Assembly: GCA_963849325.1 (NCBI GenBank)
Contig: CAWKHF010000006.1
Coordinates: 32,001-96,000 of the forward strand
From: an uncultured Planctomycetota bacterium
GTDB lineage: Bacteria > Planctomycetota > Planctomycetia > Gemmatales > Gemmataceae
DNA: 64,000 nt
Direction: 5' to 3'
The translations under genes were made by a program, and so were the position numbers. Below the pieces are notes generated by a model, which saw only the letters and a list, made by a program, of their open reading frames with translations, had not been told where the DNA came from and made no database searches. Positions 29,780 through 40,773 of the stretch are shown here, piece after piece. The first letter of the stretch is position 1. Each line of letters starts with the position of its first letter.

Positions 29780-32241
29780 ATGGACATGCTGCGAAAGTCT
29801 GGTATCGGAATGGCGGTCCTTTCCGTCATGGTCACCGTGTCCTCCGCAAGGACGGAACCCCCGTCGGCGCAGGCGCGCTCCGCCCTCGCTCCCGTGGCCG
29901 ACAAGAACGACGAGCAGACGCTGCACGAGGCCGGTCTGTCCAGCGATGGCGCCGCTCTCCTTGCCTACTTCCACGCGCGCGCACGCACCGACATCGAACC
30001 GGACCACCTCCGCATCCTGCTCCGCCAGTTCGCCGCTCCTTCCAACCGCGAGCGCAGCTTGGCCACGGCCGAATTTCTCGGCCTGGGTCCGCTCGCCGTG
30101 CCCGTCCTGCGCCGCGCCGCCAACGACCTCAACGAGCCGGAGGTCGCCCGCCGCGCGGCCCACTGCCTGCGCTGGCTGGAAGGTCCGCCGGCCTCGACGC
30201 TGCCGGCCGCCGCCGCCCGCGTCCTGGCCCAACGCCAGCCCGAAGGCGGCGCCGCGGCGCTGCTGGACTACCTGCCGTTCGCCGACAATGCCGAAGTGCT
30301 GCGGGCCGTCACCGCCGCTCTCGCCGCCGTCGCCGCTCCCCACGGCAAGCCGGAGCCGTCGCTGCTGCGCGGCCTGAACGATCCGATCGCCGTTCGCCGT
30401 GCCGCCGCCGGCGTCGCCCTGTGCCGCGTCAATCCGCCTGACCAGATCCCCGCCGTCCGCCATCTCCTCCAAGATCCAGCTCCGGGCGTGCGTCTGCGCG
30501 CCGCTCTGGCCCTGGCGGAGTCCCACGACGCCGAAGCCATCCCGATACTTATTGAACTGCTGGCGGATTTGCCCATCGAGCCGCGGCATCGCGTTGAGGA
30601 GTTTCTGACGCAGTTGGCCGGCGAATGGGCGCCGGCCGCCCACTTCCAGGGCGAGGACGAGATCGCCCGCAAGATCCGCCGCGACGCCTGGGCCGCCTGG
30701 TGGCGCAACACCGACGGCGACGCTCTGCTGGCCGCCATCCGCAAACGGACGCGGACGACCGAGGACCGCGACAAGATCCGCGGCCTGCTCGCCAAGCTCG
30801 GCTCGGAGGACTTCGCTTCGCGGGAAGCGGCGACGACGGAACTGTTCGCCCTGGGTCGCCGCAGTTTGCCGCAGCTGCGCGAAGCGGCCCAAAGCAAGGA
30901 TGCCGAGATAGCGCACCGGGCCAGGGAGTTGACGGAGCGCATCGAGCAGGAGCCGAGCCATCGTCTGCCGGCGGCGGCGATCCGTCTGCTGGCCATGCGC
31001 AAGCCGGCCGGCTCGGTCGGAGCGCTCCTGGCCTACCTGCCCTTCGCCGAGGACGAGAACCTTGTCGCCGAGGTACAGAAGTCGCTGACCGCCCTGGCCC
31101 GGCGCGACGGCAAGCTCGACCCGATGCTGGTGCGGACCCTGGCGGACCCTCAGCCGCATGCTGCGGGCGACGGCGGCGGAGGCGTTGGCCAAGGGCGGCG
31201 GCGCCGACGGCCGCGACGCCGCCCGCAAGCTGCTCAAGGACGCGACGCCCACCGTCCGCCTGCGCACCGCCCTCGCCTTGGCGATGGTCAAGGACGGCGA
31301 AGGCGTTCCGGTATTGATCGACCTGCTCACCGTCCTGTCGGCCGACCACGTGGGGCAGGCCGAGGACGCTCTGTACCAGCTGGCCGGCGACACGGCCCCG
31401 GAAGTGTCGCTGGGCACCGAGGCGGCCGAGAAAAAGAAGTGCCGCGATGCCTGGGCCGCCTGGTGGAAAGTCAACGCCGCCCGCGTCGATCTGGGCCGGC
31501 TAACGTCGCGCGTCTGGCTGGGCTACACGCTGCTGTGCGATTGCAGCAACAACCGCGTCTACGAGGTCAACCGCGACGGCAAACAGCGCTGGTCCATCAA
31601 CAACGTCCCCTTCCCCGTGGACGCCTGGGTGCTGCCGGGCAATCGCGTCCTCATCGCCGAGTACAACGGCCGGCAGCATCACCGAGCGCGATTTCAAGGG
31701 CAAGGTGTTCTGGTCCAAGGAAGGTCTGCCCAGCCAGCCGGTCAACGTGCAGCGGCTGCGCAGCGGCAACACCTTCATCGCCACCGATTCGCAGCTTGTG
31801 GAGGTGGACCGCACCGGCAAGGAAGTGTACGCGATCCACAACGTGCCCGGCGGCATCACCGCCGCCTATCGGCGCGCAACGGCAACATCGTCTGTTCTGA
31901 CCCAGAACGGCCAGTGCGTGCTCATGGACACGACCGGCAAGCAGCTCAAGAGCTTCGCGTCCAACCGGCAAGCCGGTTGGACCAGCGGCATCGACCTGCT
32001 GGCCAACGGCCACATCCTCATCACCCAGCCGGATCGCAACAAGGTGGCGGAGTACGACCGCCAAGGGAAATTGATCGTGGAAGTGGATGCGCCGATGGCG
32101 ACGACGGCGACGGGCCTGCCCAACGGCCACTTCCTGGTGGCCAGTCACCAGGGCCAGCGCGCCTTCGAGGTGGACCGCGCCGGCAAGGTCGTCTGGGAGT
32201 ACAAGGGGGGCGGCAACATTTTCCGGGCGCGGCGGCGCTGA
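29780..32241 (+). CDS. Secreted HEAT-repeat plus beta-propeller protein, paralogue 3 (frameshifts near 31155 and 31670)
   Basis: ORFs 29780, 31158 and 31705 join colinearly with paralogue 2; ends FRARRR. Confidence 0.85.
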
Positions 32242-32732
32242 ACGCCGAGCCGCGAGGCGGCTTCCGCGTCACCGACCCACCCTCGAACCGCCACCACCAT
32301 CCGCGCCATCCGGAAGACAGGATCGCTCTCCGGATTGAAGATACAAAAAAGACCTGTTAAATCGAATAGAAATGCGCGAAATCAGGAGGGCGGAGATGGG
32401 AGGGTGGACTCCGCCACCTTGCAGGAGGAAGTCTCACGCCCCCCTGACGACTCGCGCATGGATAGGGACCTGTGGGCAGGGCCGTCGTGGTCCTCTGCCG
32501 GAATAGAGACAGCGACGACCGTCCGGCATCCCACTTTTTTCCGGCGGCGATTTCGCGGGGAATGTTCTTGATGGGGGGAATAGACAGCCCGGAAGGGCTG
32601 GGCTAACGAGACAAAGCCAACGCTCCCGCAAGCCACGCACGCGCCTCTCGCAAAAAGCGCGAAACTCCATCGAGGTGGCTGAGGCTTCCGCTTGCTACAA
32701 TGCCAATGGCGCCTTACGCGGAGGAGCCGGAC

Positions 32733-33479
32733 ATGCCGTTGCTGGACCACTTTAACCCGCCGCTGAACCGCACGCATCCCTGGCGCAGCTTCCACGGCGC
32801 CTGGGCCGCGGCCATGGCCCGTCTGCTCAACCAGGGCATTTTGCCTCCCGGCTATTACGCCGTCCCCCTTGCCGATCGGGTAGGTGCCATCGAGATCGAT
32901 GTGGCCACCTTGCGCGAGCACGAGATGCCGCAAGCCGCAAGCGGGACCGCATCGCCTCAGACGTGGGCGCCGCCGGCCCCTGGCCTGGCGGTCGCCGTCG
33001 AGATACCCGCGGTCGATGCGGTCGAGGTCCAGGTGTTTGCCGACGAGGATGACCCGCTCCTGATGGCCGCCATTGAGTTACTCAGCCCGCGCAACAAGGA
33101 CCGCCCCCAGGCCCGGCAAGCCTTCGCCGTCAAGTGCGTCGGCTACTTGCAGCAGGGCAGCAGTGTCGTGGTCGTGGATACCGTGACCACGCGGCGGGCG
33201 GATTGCAACGCCGTCATCCTGTCTCTCCTCGGAGTCGATGCCGGCACGGCAATGCCGGCGGGCCTCTCCGCCGTGTCCTACCGGGCCATCGGCCGCGAAG
33301 AGGAAACGCAACAACTCGAGCTCTGGCCCGCGCCGCTCGCCCTGGGACAGACCCTGCCGACCCTTCCCCTGTGGATCGCCGCCGATTTCTCCGTGCCCCT
33401 CGACCTGGACGCCAGCTACCAGACGGCGTGCCAGGATCTTCGCATCAATCCAACTACGCTTCGGCCCTTTCCCAACTAG
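32733..33479 (+). CDS. DUF4058 family protein
   Basis: RBS GAGGAG; MPLLDHFNPPL...W.SFHGAW, AAIELLSPRNKDRP, LPTLPLW, LDLDASY. Confidence 0.8.
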   Translation: MPLLDHFNPPLNRTHPWRSFHGAWAAAMARLLNQGILPPGYYAVPLADRVGAIEIDVATLREHEMPQAASGTASPQTWAPPAPGLAVAVEIPAVDAVEVQVFADEDDPLLMAAIELLSPRNKDRPQARQAFAVKCVGYLQQGSSVVVVDTVTTRRADCNAVILSLLGVDAGTAMPAGLSAVSYRAIGREEETQQLELWPAPLALGQTLPTLPLWIAADFSVPLDLDASYQTACQDLRINPTTLRPFPN

Positions 33480-33546
33480 CCCCGAGCGCAAGCGACGGGT
33501 AGGAAAACCCGTCGCTTGCGCTCGGGGCTGGTCGGGAAACCGATTC

Positions 33547-34983
33547 TCAGCGCCGGCGATTCTTGTGCGTCTTCTTCGGCCGCGGCGTGGCCTCTTCTCG
33601 ACCGAGAAGGATGCCCTGTTCCTGTAGTTTGCGGCGGTCGGCATCGCCGAGGGCGGCGCGGGCGAACGCCACGGTCGTCTCGTTGAGCTTTTCCGCTTGC
33701 CGGCCGAGGGCGGCGAGGACGCGGTCAGCGGCAGTCGCATCGGGACAGCGCAGCACCGTGGCCGGCTCGACCGACACCGTGCGCACCCAGCCAGCCCACT
33801 CGCGCACTTCATGAGCCACGTTGCCCGGCAGCGGCGTGCTGCTGTGGCGCTGCAAGCGGTCGAGCATCTCCGCGCCGCTCAGGCCGGCCGTGACCGCCTT
33901 CACGACCGAGGCGCGGGTGATGCGCAGCGTCACGGCGCCGCCGCCGCTGCGCTCCTTGATGCGCTCGCAGAACGGGGCCAGCTCGGCGAGCGGTGCCAGG
34001 TCCATGCCGATGACGACGACGCTGAAATCCGGCTGCACGACGACGCGCGTGGCGACAGCGGGAGACGGCGGCGTTTCCTCGGCCGAGGGTTGCCGGCCGA
34101 AATACGTGTCCAGCCGCGGCCGCCGCGCGATCAGCAGCTCGCCGTCGGCGCCGCAGCCGGCTTGCAGACAGCCCAGCGACACCAGGCGATTGCTCACCAG
34201 CTGGCCCAGCAGGTGGCGGGCCGCCTCGTGCAGCTGTTCCTCCAGGGGAGCCAGCAAGCGGCCGGACAGGCGCACCTGCACTTCCTCCGGCTTGCGTCCC
34301 AGCAACAGCGGATTGTGCGGGCCGAAAGCGGCGTGAGCGATGAAGTCATCCAGCCGGAAAAAGATACCGACCGGCAGTTCGCGGAAGGCGGCGAACAGCG
34401 CCTCGCGCAGGGGCTGTCGCTGTCCGGGCGTCAGCGGAGAAGGACGATCGCTGCCGTGCCCGGCCCTCACGGGCAAGGCAACGATCGAGGCACCCAGGAA
34501 GAGGCCGTCATCGTAGTAGTGGCTCCAGTAGGGGAGCAATTCGTCCGGCCGCTCCACGTCGCGCAGCGATTCGTACAGGAAGGCGTATTGCTCCTCGATC
34601 CGCCGCGCCAGCCAGCGCCGTCCGGTCGCGCTCAGGTCGAGCCAGCGATGATCGCCCTCTTTCTTCTCCGTTGTTAGTTGCAACCGTTTGGCCCAGTGCA
34701 GGGCGATCTCCAGGCGACGCTCCGGCGTCAGGTTGTACGTGTCCGTCAGCCAGCCGGGCAGCGGCTCCAGGACGGACGTGAATCGCTCCGTCTCTTTCTG
34801 GAACAGGCTGCGGTCCTGGCGCAGACGGGCGCGGCCGCCGGCCAACTCCAGCAGGACGGCGCGGAGGTCGGGGACATCGGTGCCGCCCTCCGGTCCCGGC
34901 TCCAGCGGCGGCGCACACGACTCCAGAGGCGGACGCTGGACGGGACGGCCGGCCTGTTCGCGGCCCCACCAGTTGTACAGCAT
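33547..34983 (-). CDS. Helicase_C_3 (XPB-N/p52-clutch-like) domain protein
   Basis: VVVQPDFSVVV...LAPFCE...LRITRASVVKAVTAGLSGAEMLDRLQRHSSTPLPGNVAHEVREW; no helicase motifs. Confidence 0.8.
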   Translation of the reverse strand: MLYNWWGREQAGRPVQRPPLESCAPPLEPGPEGGTDVPDLRAVLLELAGGRARLRQDRSLFQKETERFTSVLEPLPGWLTDTYNLTPERRLEIALHWAKRLQLTTEKKEGDHRWLDLSATGRRWLARRIEEQYAFLYESLRDVERPDELLPYWSHYYDDGLFLGASIVALPVRAGHGSDRPSPLTPGQRQPLREALFAAFRELPVGIFFRLDDFIAHAAFGPHNPLLLGRKPEEVQVRLSGRLLAPLEEQLHEAARHLLGQLVSNRLVSLGCLQAGCGADGELLIARRPRLDTYFGRQPSAEETPPSPAVATRVVVQPDFSVVVIGMDLAPLAELAPFCERIKERSGGGAVTLRITRASVVKAVTAGLSGAEMLDRLQRHSSTPLPGNVAHEVREWAGWVRTVSVEPATVLRCPDATAADRVLAALGRQAEKLNETTVAFARAALGDADRRKLQEQGILLGREEATPRPKKTHKNRRR

Positions 34984-35009
34984 CGTCCGATCCTCCCGCG
35001 CCGGTTAAA

Positions 35010-35113
35010 GAGCCTCACGCCAAGGCGCAAAGGACGCAAAGAAAGACCGGAATAATACAGAGAGGGACTTCTTTTCTTTCTCTTGGCGCTCTTTGCGCCT
35101 TTGCGTGAGGCTC
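35010..35113. repeat. Imperfect inverted 9-mer (CGCAAAG-type) hairpin
   Basis: GAGCCTCACGCCAAGGCGCAAAGGACGCAAAG ... CTTGGCGCTCTTTGCGCCTTTGCGTGAGGCTC. Confidence 0.7.
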
Positions 35114-35185
35114 TTTTTATTGTAGCTATCACGGAAGGGAATCGACCGAGAGTATCGGGAGCCGCACGCGGCGCAGAGGTCTCTC

Positions 35186-35815
35186 ATGCACCATCCCATC
35201 CGGTTGGCCGTATTGCTCAGCGGCGGCGGCACGACGCTGCAAAACTTGCTCGACCGCATCGCCGCCGGCGCCTTGGCGGCGGAAATCGCCGTCGTCGTCT
35301 CCAGCAAGGCCGACGCCCTCGGTCTGGACCGTGCTCGATCAGCCGGCGTACACGCCGTCGCGGTCGAGCGCAAATCCTGCGCCTCGCGCGAGGAGTTCAG
35401 CGCCCGCATCTTCGCCCACTGCCGGCAAGCCGACGTCGATCTCGTCTGCCTGGCTGGCTTCCTCCAGCTCCTGCCCATCCCCGACGATTTCCACAACCGC
35501 GTCCTGAACATCCATCCGGCGCTGATCCCGGCCTTTTGCGGCAAGGGTTTCCACGGCGCGGCGGTCCATCGTGCCGCCCTGGAGATGGGCGTCAAGGTCT
35601 CCGGCTGCACGGTCCATTTCGCCGATAACGAGTACGACCACGGCCCCATCGTCTCGCAGCGCGTGGTGCCGGTCCTCGACGACGACACGCCCGAGAGCCT
35701 GGCGGCGCGCGTCTTCGCCCAGGAGTGCGAGGCGTACCCCGAAGCGATCCAATGGTTTGCGCAGGGACGCTTGCGCGTCGAGGGACGGCGAGTCTTCGTC
35801 AGTTCTGAGTTCTGA
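35186..35815 (+). CDS. purN: Phosphoribosylglycinamide formyltransferase
   Basis: LAVLLSGGGTTLQ, LAGF, LNIHPALIP, SGCTVHF, YDHGPI. Confidence 0.95.
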   Translation: MHHPIRLAVLLSGGGTTLQNLLDRIAAGALAAEIAVVVSSKADALGLDRARSAGVHAVAVERKSCASREEFSARIFAHCRQADVDLVCLAGFLQLLPIPDDFHNRVLNIHPALIPAFCGKGFHGAAVHRAALEMGVKVSGCTVHFADNEYDHGPIVSQRVVPVLDDDTPESLAARVFAQECEAYPEAIQWFAQGRLRVEGRRVFVSSEF

Positions 35816-35884
35816 GTTCTGAGTTCTGAGTGAAAGAAGAAGTCTTGTTTTTCACTCAGAACTCAGAACTCAGAACTCAGAACT
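35801..35884. repeat. Inverted heptamer array (AGTTCTG)4 ... (CAGAACT)4
   Basis: Read directly from sequence; the purN TGA (35813-35815) lies in the left arm. Confidence 0.92.
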
Positions 35885-35971
35885 TTTGGCGAAGAACTCA
35901 GAACTGATTTTTGTGAACTACACTTGCGGCAGGCAGAGTCGCCATTCCCCGCGATCCCGGGAAGATACTCC

Positions 35972-37438
35972 ATGCTCGGCCGTGTGTTCATGGGACGGTA
36001 TGAGACCATCCGCCTGCTCGGCGAAGGCGGGATGGGCCGGGTTTACCTGGCTCGTCAGCTCGACCTGGGACGGCAGGTGGTGGTCAAGGTCATGCACGAC
36101 CACATCGCCGCCGACCCCAAGTTCCGCGAGCGCTTCACGCGCGAAACGCTGCTGATGGCCCGCTTCCAGCACCCCTACGCCGTCACGCTTTACGATGCCT
36201 CGCTGAACGACCCGCAAGGCCCGTGCATCGTCATGGAGTACATTCGCGGCGTCACCCTCGACCAGCTACTGCAAAGCAACGGCCGGCTCACGCCGGCTCG
36301 CGTCGGCCGGCTGCTGTACCAGCTGTGCGAGGTGCTGCAAGCCGCTCATGGCCTGGGCATCATCCACCGCGACCTGAAGCCGGCCAACCTGATGATCGTC
36401 GATCCGGACACGCCCTACGAGATGCTCAAGGTCATGGACTTCGGCCTGGCCAAGATGCTGACGCCGGACCAGTTCGCCAAGATCACGCAGACGCACACCG
36501 AGTTCGCCGTCGGCACGCCCGGCTACATGTGTCCCGAGCAGGCGCGCGGCGACGAGATGGACGGCCGCGGCGATTTGTACAGCGTCGGCGTCATCCTCTA
36601 CGAGCTGCTGACCGGCCGGCTGCCGTTCGCCGGCTGTTCGACGATGGACCTGCTGTTGGCCCACGTGACCGAGGAGCCGCCGCCGTTTTCGTTCTCGGCC
36701 GCCGACGTCGAGGTGTCACCCGGCATCGAGGACGTGGTGCGGATGTGCCTGTCCAAAAGCGCGGAGGATCGACCGCGCTGCGCCCGTGAACTGGCCGAGC
36801 GTTTCGAGCAGGCCCTGACCTGCGAGAGGACCGCCGCCGTCCCGCCGCCCGCCGTGGCCCCCTCGGCGCGGTTGCGGTCGGCGACCGGCGCTCCGCCGGT
36901 CGCCGACCGGACCAGTGTCTCGCCGATCCATCCGAAGACCGAACCTCGGCCGGCCCATCTGGACCGCACGGTCCAGGTGCCGGTCCCATCTCCGCCGCCC
37001 GTCGAGGAGGCGGCCGACGACCGCGAGCCACAGGATCCGTTCGCCGTCGTCCACCGTCTGGAAGCGTGGATGCCCGAGAGCATCGCCACCTACAAGCTGC
37101 GCGGCTTCATCCACGATGTCGGCGGCGAGATGATCGAGAGTGTGCCCGGCCGCATCCATGTCCGCGTCGGCGGCAAGGGCAGCAGCTACGCGGCGCCGCG
37201 CCAGGGTCTGTCCTGGCTGGGCCTGGGTCGCCGCGGCGGCCCGATCGACATGGAGCTGTACCTCGACCACGCCGACGCCGACCGCCAAAATCAACTCCGC
37301 ATCACCGTCATCTTCCGCTCGTCCGGCACCGATCTCAACGCCAGCCCCGCCTGGCGCAACGTCTGCACGCACATCTTCTGCGACCTGCGCGGCTATCTCA
37401 TGGGACAGACCGGCACCGTCCACACCGTCGCCGAGTGA
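35972..37438 (+). CDS. Ser/Thr protein kinase (Hanks type), cytoplasmic
   Basis: LGEGGMGRVY, VVVK, HRDLKPAN, DFGLAK, GTPGYMCPE, DLYSVG. Confidence 0.95.
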   Translation: MLGRVFMGRYETIRLLGEGGMGRVYLARQLDLGRQVVVKVMHDHIAADPKFRERFTRETLLMARFQHPYAVTLYDASLNDPQGPCIVMEYIRGVTLDQLLQSNGRLTPARVGRLLYQLCEVLQAAHGLGIIHRDLKPANLMIVDPDTPYEMLKVMDFGLAKMLTPDQFAKITQTHTEFAVGTPGYMCPEQARGDEMDGRGDLYSVGVILYELLTGRLPFAGCSTMDLLLAHVTEEPPPFSFSAADVEVSPGIEDVVRMCLSKSAEDRPRCARELAERFEQALTCERTAAVPPPAVAPSARLRSATGAPPVADRTSVSPIHPKTEPRPAHLDRTVQVPVPSPPPVEEAADDREPQDPFAVVHRLEAWMPESIATYKLRGFIHDVGGEMIESVPGRIHVRVGGKGSSYAAPRQGLSWLGLGRRGGPIDMELYLDHADADRQNQLRITVIFRSSGTDLNASPAWRNVCTHIFCDLRGYLMGQTGTVHTVAE

Positions 37439-37444
37439 TTTCTG

Positions 37445-37559
37445 GGCGAACGGCCGGCGTCAGCCGGCTGGTTTGGCCCGCACCAGCCGGCTGACGCCGG
37501 CCGTTCGCCATCCCAAACGACAGAGGGGAGCCGGATTGGCTCCCCTCTGTCGTTTGGGA
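37445..37559. terminator. Two adjacent long hairpins between convergent genes
   Basis: GGCGAACGGCCGGCGTCAGCCGGCTGGT/ACCAGCCGGCTGACGCCGGCCGTTCGCC and TCCCAAACGACAGAGGGGAGCC/GGCTCCCCTCTGTCGTTTGGGA. Confidence 0.6.
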
Positions 37560-37579
37560 AATGGCGAGTCGTGCCCGCG

Positions 37580-38341
37580 TTAGCGGCTGGCGACGCCGGC
37601 CAGGCTGTCGGCGTCGAGCGTGACGCGCGTCTCATCGCCGGCCCGCACCGCGACTTCCTTGCTGACCGTCACCGGCTTGCCGTCCTGGACGAACTGCGCC
37701 GTCACGGTGTAGTGGAACTCACGGCCGGCCTCCAGGGCGGGAGAGACGAACACGCGCTGCGTCGAGGTCGAGGTGGTGACCTCGCCGTCGATGGTCAGAC
37801 GCGCAGTCGGCCGGCACGCTGACGACCAGGGTCGCCGAGGCGGCGTTGTCCAGGCTCGTCTTCTTGGGCGTCGGGTTCGGAGTGGGATTGGGGGTCGGGT
37901 TGACCGGGGTGCCGGTGCCCATCGGGGCGCCGATGCCGACGCCGCCTACGCGCAGCCGTAGCCATAGCCGCCACCGTAGCAGCCGCCGTAGTAGGCGCCG
38001 CCGTAGCAACCGCAGCAGCTATAGCCGCCGTAGCAGCCACAGCAACCGCCGCGATTGCGACTGTGATGCTTGCCGCCGCCGGAGCAACCCATGCAGCTGG
38101 AGCCGTAGCAGCCGCCGTAGCAGCCCATGCAGCTGGAGCCGCGACTGTGGTGCTTGCCGCCGCCCATGCAGCTGGAGCCGTAGCAGCCGCCGTAGCAGCC
38201 CATGCAGCTGGAGCCGCCGTGGTGCTTGCCGCCGCCGTTGCAGCTGTAGCCCGAGCAGCCACCGTTGCAGCCGCCGCCGAACATACCGGCCGGCATGTCC
38301 GCGCCGCCCGTCATCGCCATCAACAACACAACACTGTACAT
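37580..38341 (-). CDS. TIGR03000-domain protein with Cys/Gly/His-rich repeats (frameshifts near 37950 and 37805)
   Basis: MYSVVLLMAM signal; GCYGGCYG repeats; ATLVVSVPAD.RLTIDG..T.STS..RVFVSPALEAG..FHYTV. Confidence 0.85.
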
Positions 38342-38743
38342 CGTGCAACGCCTCCCAGTACTGAAAGGAACTCAATCGACCTCGTTACGCGTAAGCCCTC
38401 ACATGGGCTTGGAACCCTCGATAACGCGCGGCACGGAACGCACCTTCCACGGGCGCAGGACGGTGCCGCCTGCGATTTGCCTCTCCCCTCCTCCGGTTCC
38501 GTGGTAGGTAAACGGGAGAAGATGCGTAAACCTGATAATATGGTAAATCTGGAACGAATAGCGGTCAATGAGGATCGAGCCAATCCGAGCGTCGATCCTC
38601 CTTTCCGGTTCCGGTTGCGCCGACTGTGCGGGCTTCAACGGCGCTTCCATCCGAGAGAGAGCCTTCCCGACCGAATTTCCCTCGCGTACAATCAAGGCCG
38701 CTCCAGCCAACCGGCGTCTCTTCTTCCGAATCGAGGTCCTGTC

Positions 38744-40306
38744 ATGACGAGTCTGTATCCGATGCTTCTGTGCCTGCTGCTGCCCGGAGAGCCGGGCATC
38801 GAGGCCGATGTCGTTATCCGCGGCGCCACGCTGTACGACGGCAGCGGCGCGGCCGGCGTCGTTGGCGACCTGGCCGTGCGCGGCGAGCGCATCGTCGCGG
38901 TCGGCCGCTTCACCGTCGCCGGCCAGCCGCGCATCCTCGACGCTAAGGGCTTGGTGATCGCGCCTGGCTTCATCGATCTGCACACGCACAGCGATTACCC
39001 GCTGCAAAAAGCGGCCACGCGGGCCAATCGCTGCTATCTGCACCAGGGCGTGACGACGGTTGTCACCGGCAACTGCGGTTCCGGGCCGGTCGATACGGGA
39101 GCGTATTATCGGACTTTGGAGAAAGGCAAAGTAGGCAGTAACGTCCTCCATCAAGTGCCGCACAATGACGTGCGCCGGCAGGTGATGGGCAATGCCAACC
39201 GCAAGCCGACGGCCGAGGAGCTGCGGCGCATGGAAGAACGGGTCGATCAGGCCATGAAGGACGGCGCCTGGGGCCTGTCCACCGGCCTGATCTACAACCC
39301 CGGCACCTATTCCAAGACGGACGAGCTGATCGCGCTGGCGAAGGTAGCGGCGCGGCACGGCGGCTTTTACGCCAGCCACATCCGCAGCGAGGGCACGGAT
39401 GTGCTGACCGCCCTCGACGAGGCGCTGACGATCGGCCGCGAGGCGGGCTTGCCGGTCCACATCTCGCACCTGAAGGCGTCCGGCCGCCGCGCCTGGGGGC
39501 TAGCCGCCGACGAGATTGCCCTGATCGCCAAGGCGCGGCAGGCCGGACAGGCCGTCAGTGCCGACCAGTACCCTTACGTCGCCAGCAGCACGAGCCTGGC
39601 GGCCACGCTGGTCCCGGCCTCCTTCCGCGAGGGGGCGCGCAAGGACTATCTGGCTCGGCTGAACGACCCGGAACAATCGGCCCGGCTGCGCAAGATCATC
39701 GCGGACGGGCTGAAGCGGCGGCGCGGCGGCAAGGACGTCCGCATCGCTCGCTACACGCCGAAGCCGGCCTGGCAGGGCAAGGACCTGGCCGCCATCGCCG
39801 AGATGGAGAAGAAGCCCGCCGCCGACGTCGTCCTGGAGATCGAGCGTCACGGCGGCGCTCAGATCGTCAACTTCGGCATGAGCGAGGAGGACGTGCGTCT
39901 GATCATGCGTCAGCCATTCGTGGCCACGGCCAGCGACGGCGCCTCGATGCTGCCCTCGGCGGACACGGTGCCGCACCCGCGCAGTTACGGCTGTTTCCCG
40001 CGCAAGATCGGCCGCTACGCCCTGGAGGACAAGGTCATCACGCTGGAGCACGCCCTCCGCAGCGCCAGCGGTCTGCCGGCGGACGTGCTGCATCTGCCTG
40101 AGCGCGGCTACCTGAAGACGGGCTATTTCGCCGACGTGGTTGTGTTCGATCCGAAAACGTTCCGCGACCGTGCGACGTTCGACAAGCCGCACCAGTACGC
40201 GACCGGCGTGCGTTACCTGTTCGTCAATGGCAAACTGGCGATTGACGAGGGCCAATTCACCGGCGTCCTGGCGGGTCAGGTGTTGCGGCACCAGAGCAAG
40301 GAATAA
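38744..40306 (+). CDS. N-acyl-D-amino-acid deacylase (D-aminoacylase family)
   Basis: PGFIDLHTHSD, GNCG, GLSTGLIY, HIRSE, HISHLK, HPRSYGCFPR. Confidence 0.92.
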   Translation: MTSLYPMLLCLLLPGEPGIEADVVIRGATLYDGSGAAGVVGDLAVRGERIVAVGRFTVAGQPRILDAKGLVIAPGFIDLHTHSDYPLQKAATRANRCYLHQGVTTVVTGNCGSGPVDTGAYYRTLEKGKVGSNVLHQVPHNDVRRQVMGNANRKPTAEELRRMEERVDQAMKDGAWGLSTGLIYNPGTYSKTDELIALAKVAARHGGFYASHIRSEGTDVLTALDEALTIGREAGLPVHISHLKASGRRAWGLAADEIALIAKARQAGQAVSADQYPYVASSTSLAATLVPASFREGARKDYLARLNDPEQSARLRKIIADGLKRRRGGKDVRIARYTPKPAWQGKDLAAIAEMEKKPAADVVLEIERHGGAQIVNFGMSEEDVRLIMRQPFVATASDGASMLPSADTVPHPRSYGCFPRKIGRYALEDKVITLEHALRSASGLPADVLHLPERGYLKTGYFADVVVFDPKTFRDRATFDKPHQYATGVRYLFVNGKLAIDEGQFTGVLAGQVLRHQSKE

Positions 40307-40693
<387 letters not shown>

Positions 40694-40773
40694 CCACGCG
40701 GCTTGGCGATCTTCGCGCCACGATGTAGAATCGTCGCCACGCCGTATTCTTCTAACCTGGTAGGGAGTTATTC

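Noticed and set aside
27442-30886. Diversity-generating retroelement TR/VR pair
   Set aside because: Both copies are coding and about 1 kb long, mismatches are not confined to adenines, and there is no reverse transcriptase in the window.
32340-32700. Riboswitch or ncRNA in the long intergenic region
   Set aside because: No recognisable conserved motif or convincing structure by eye.
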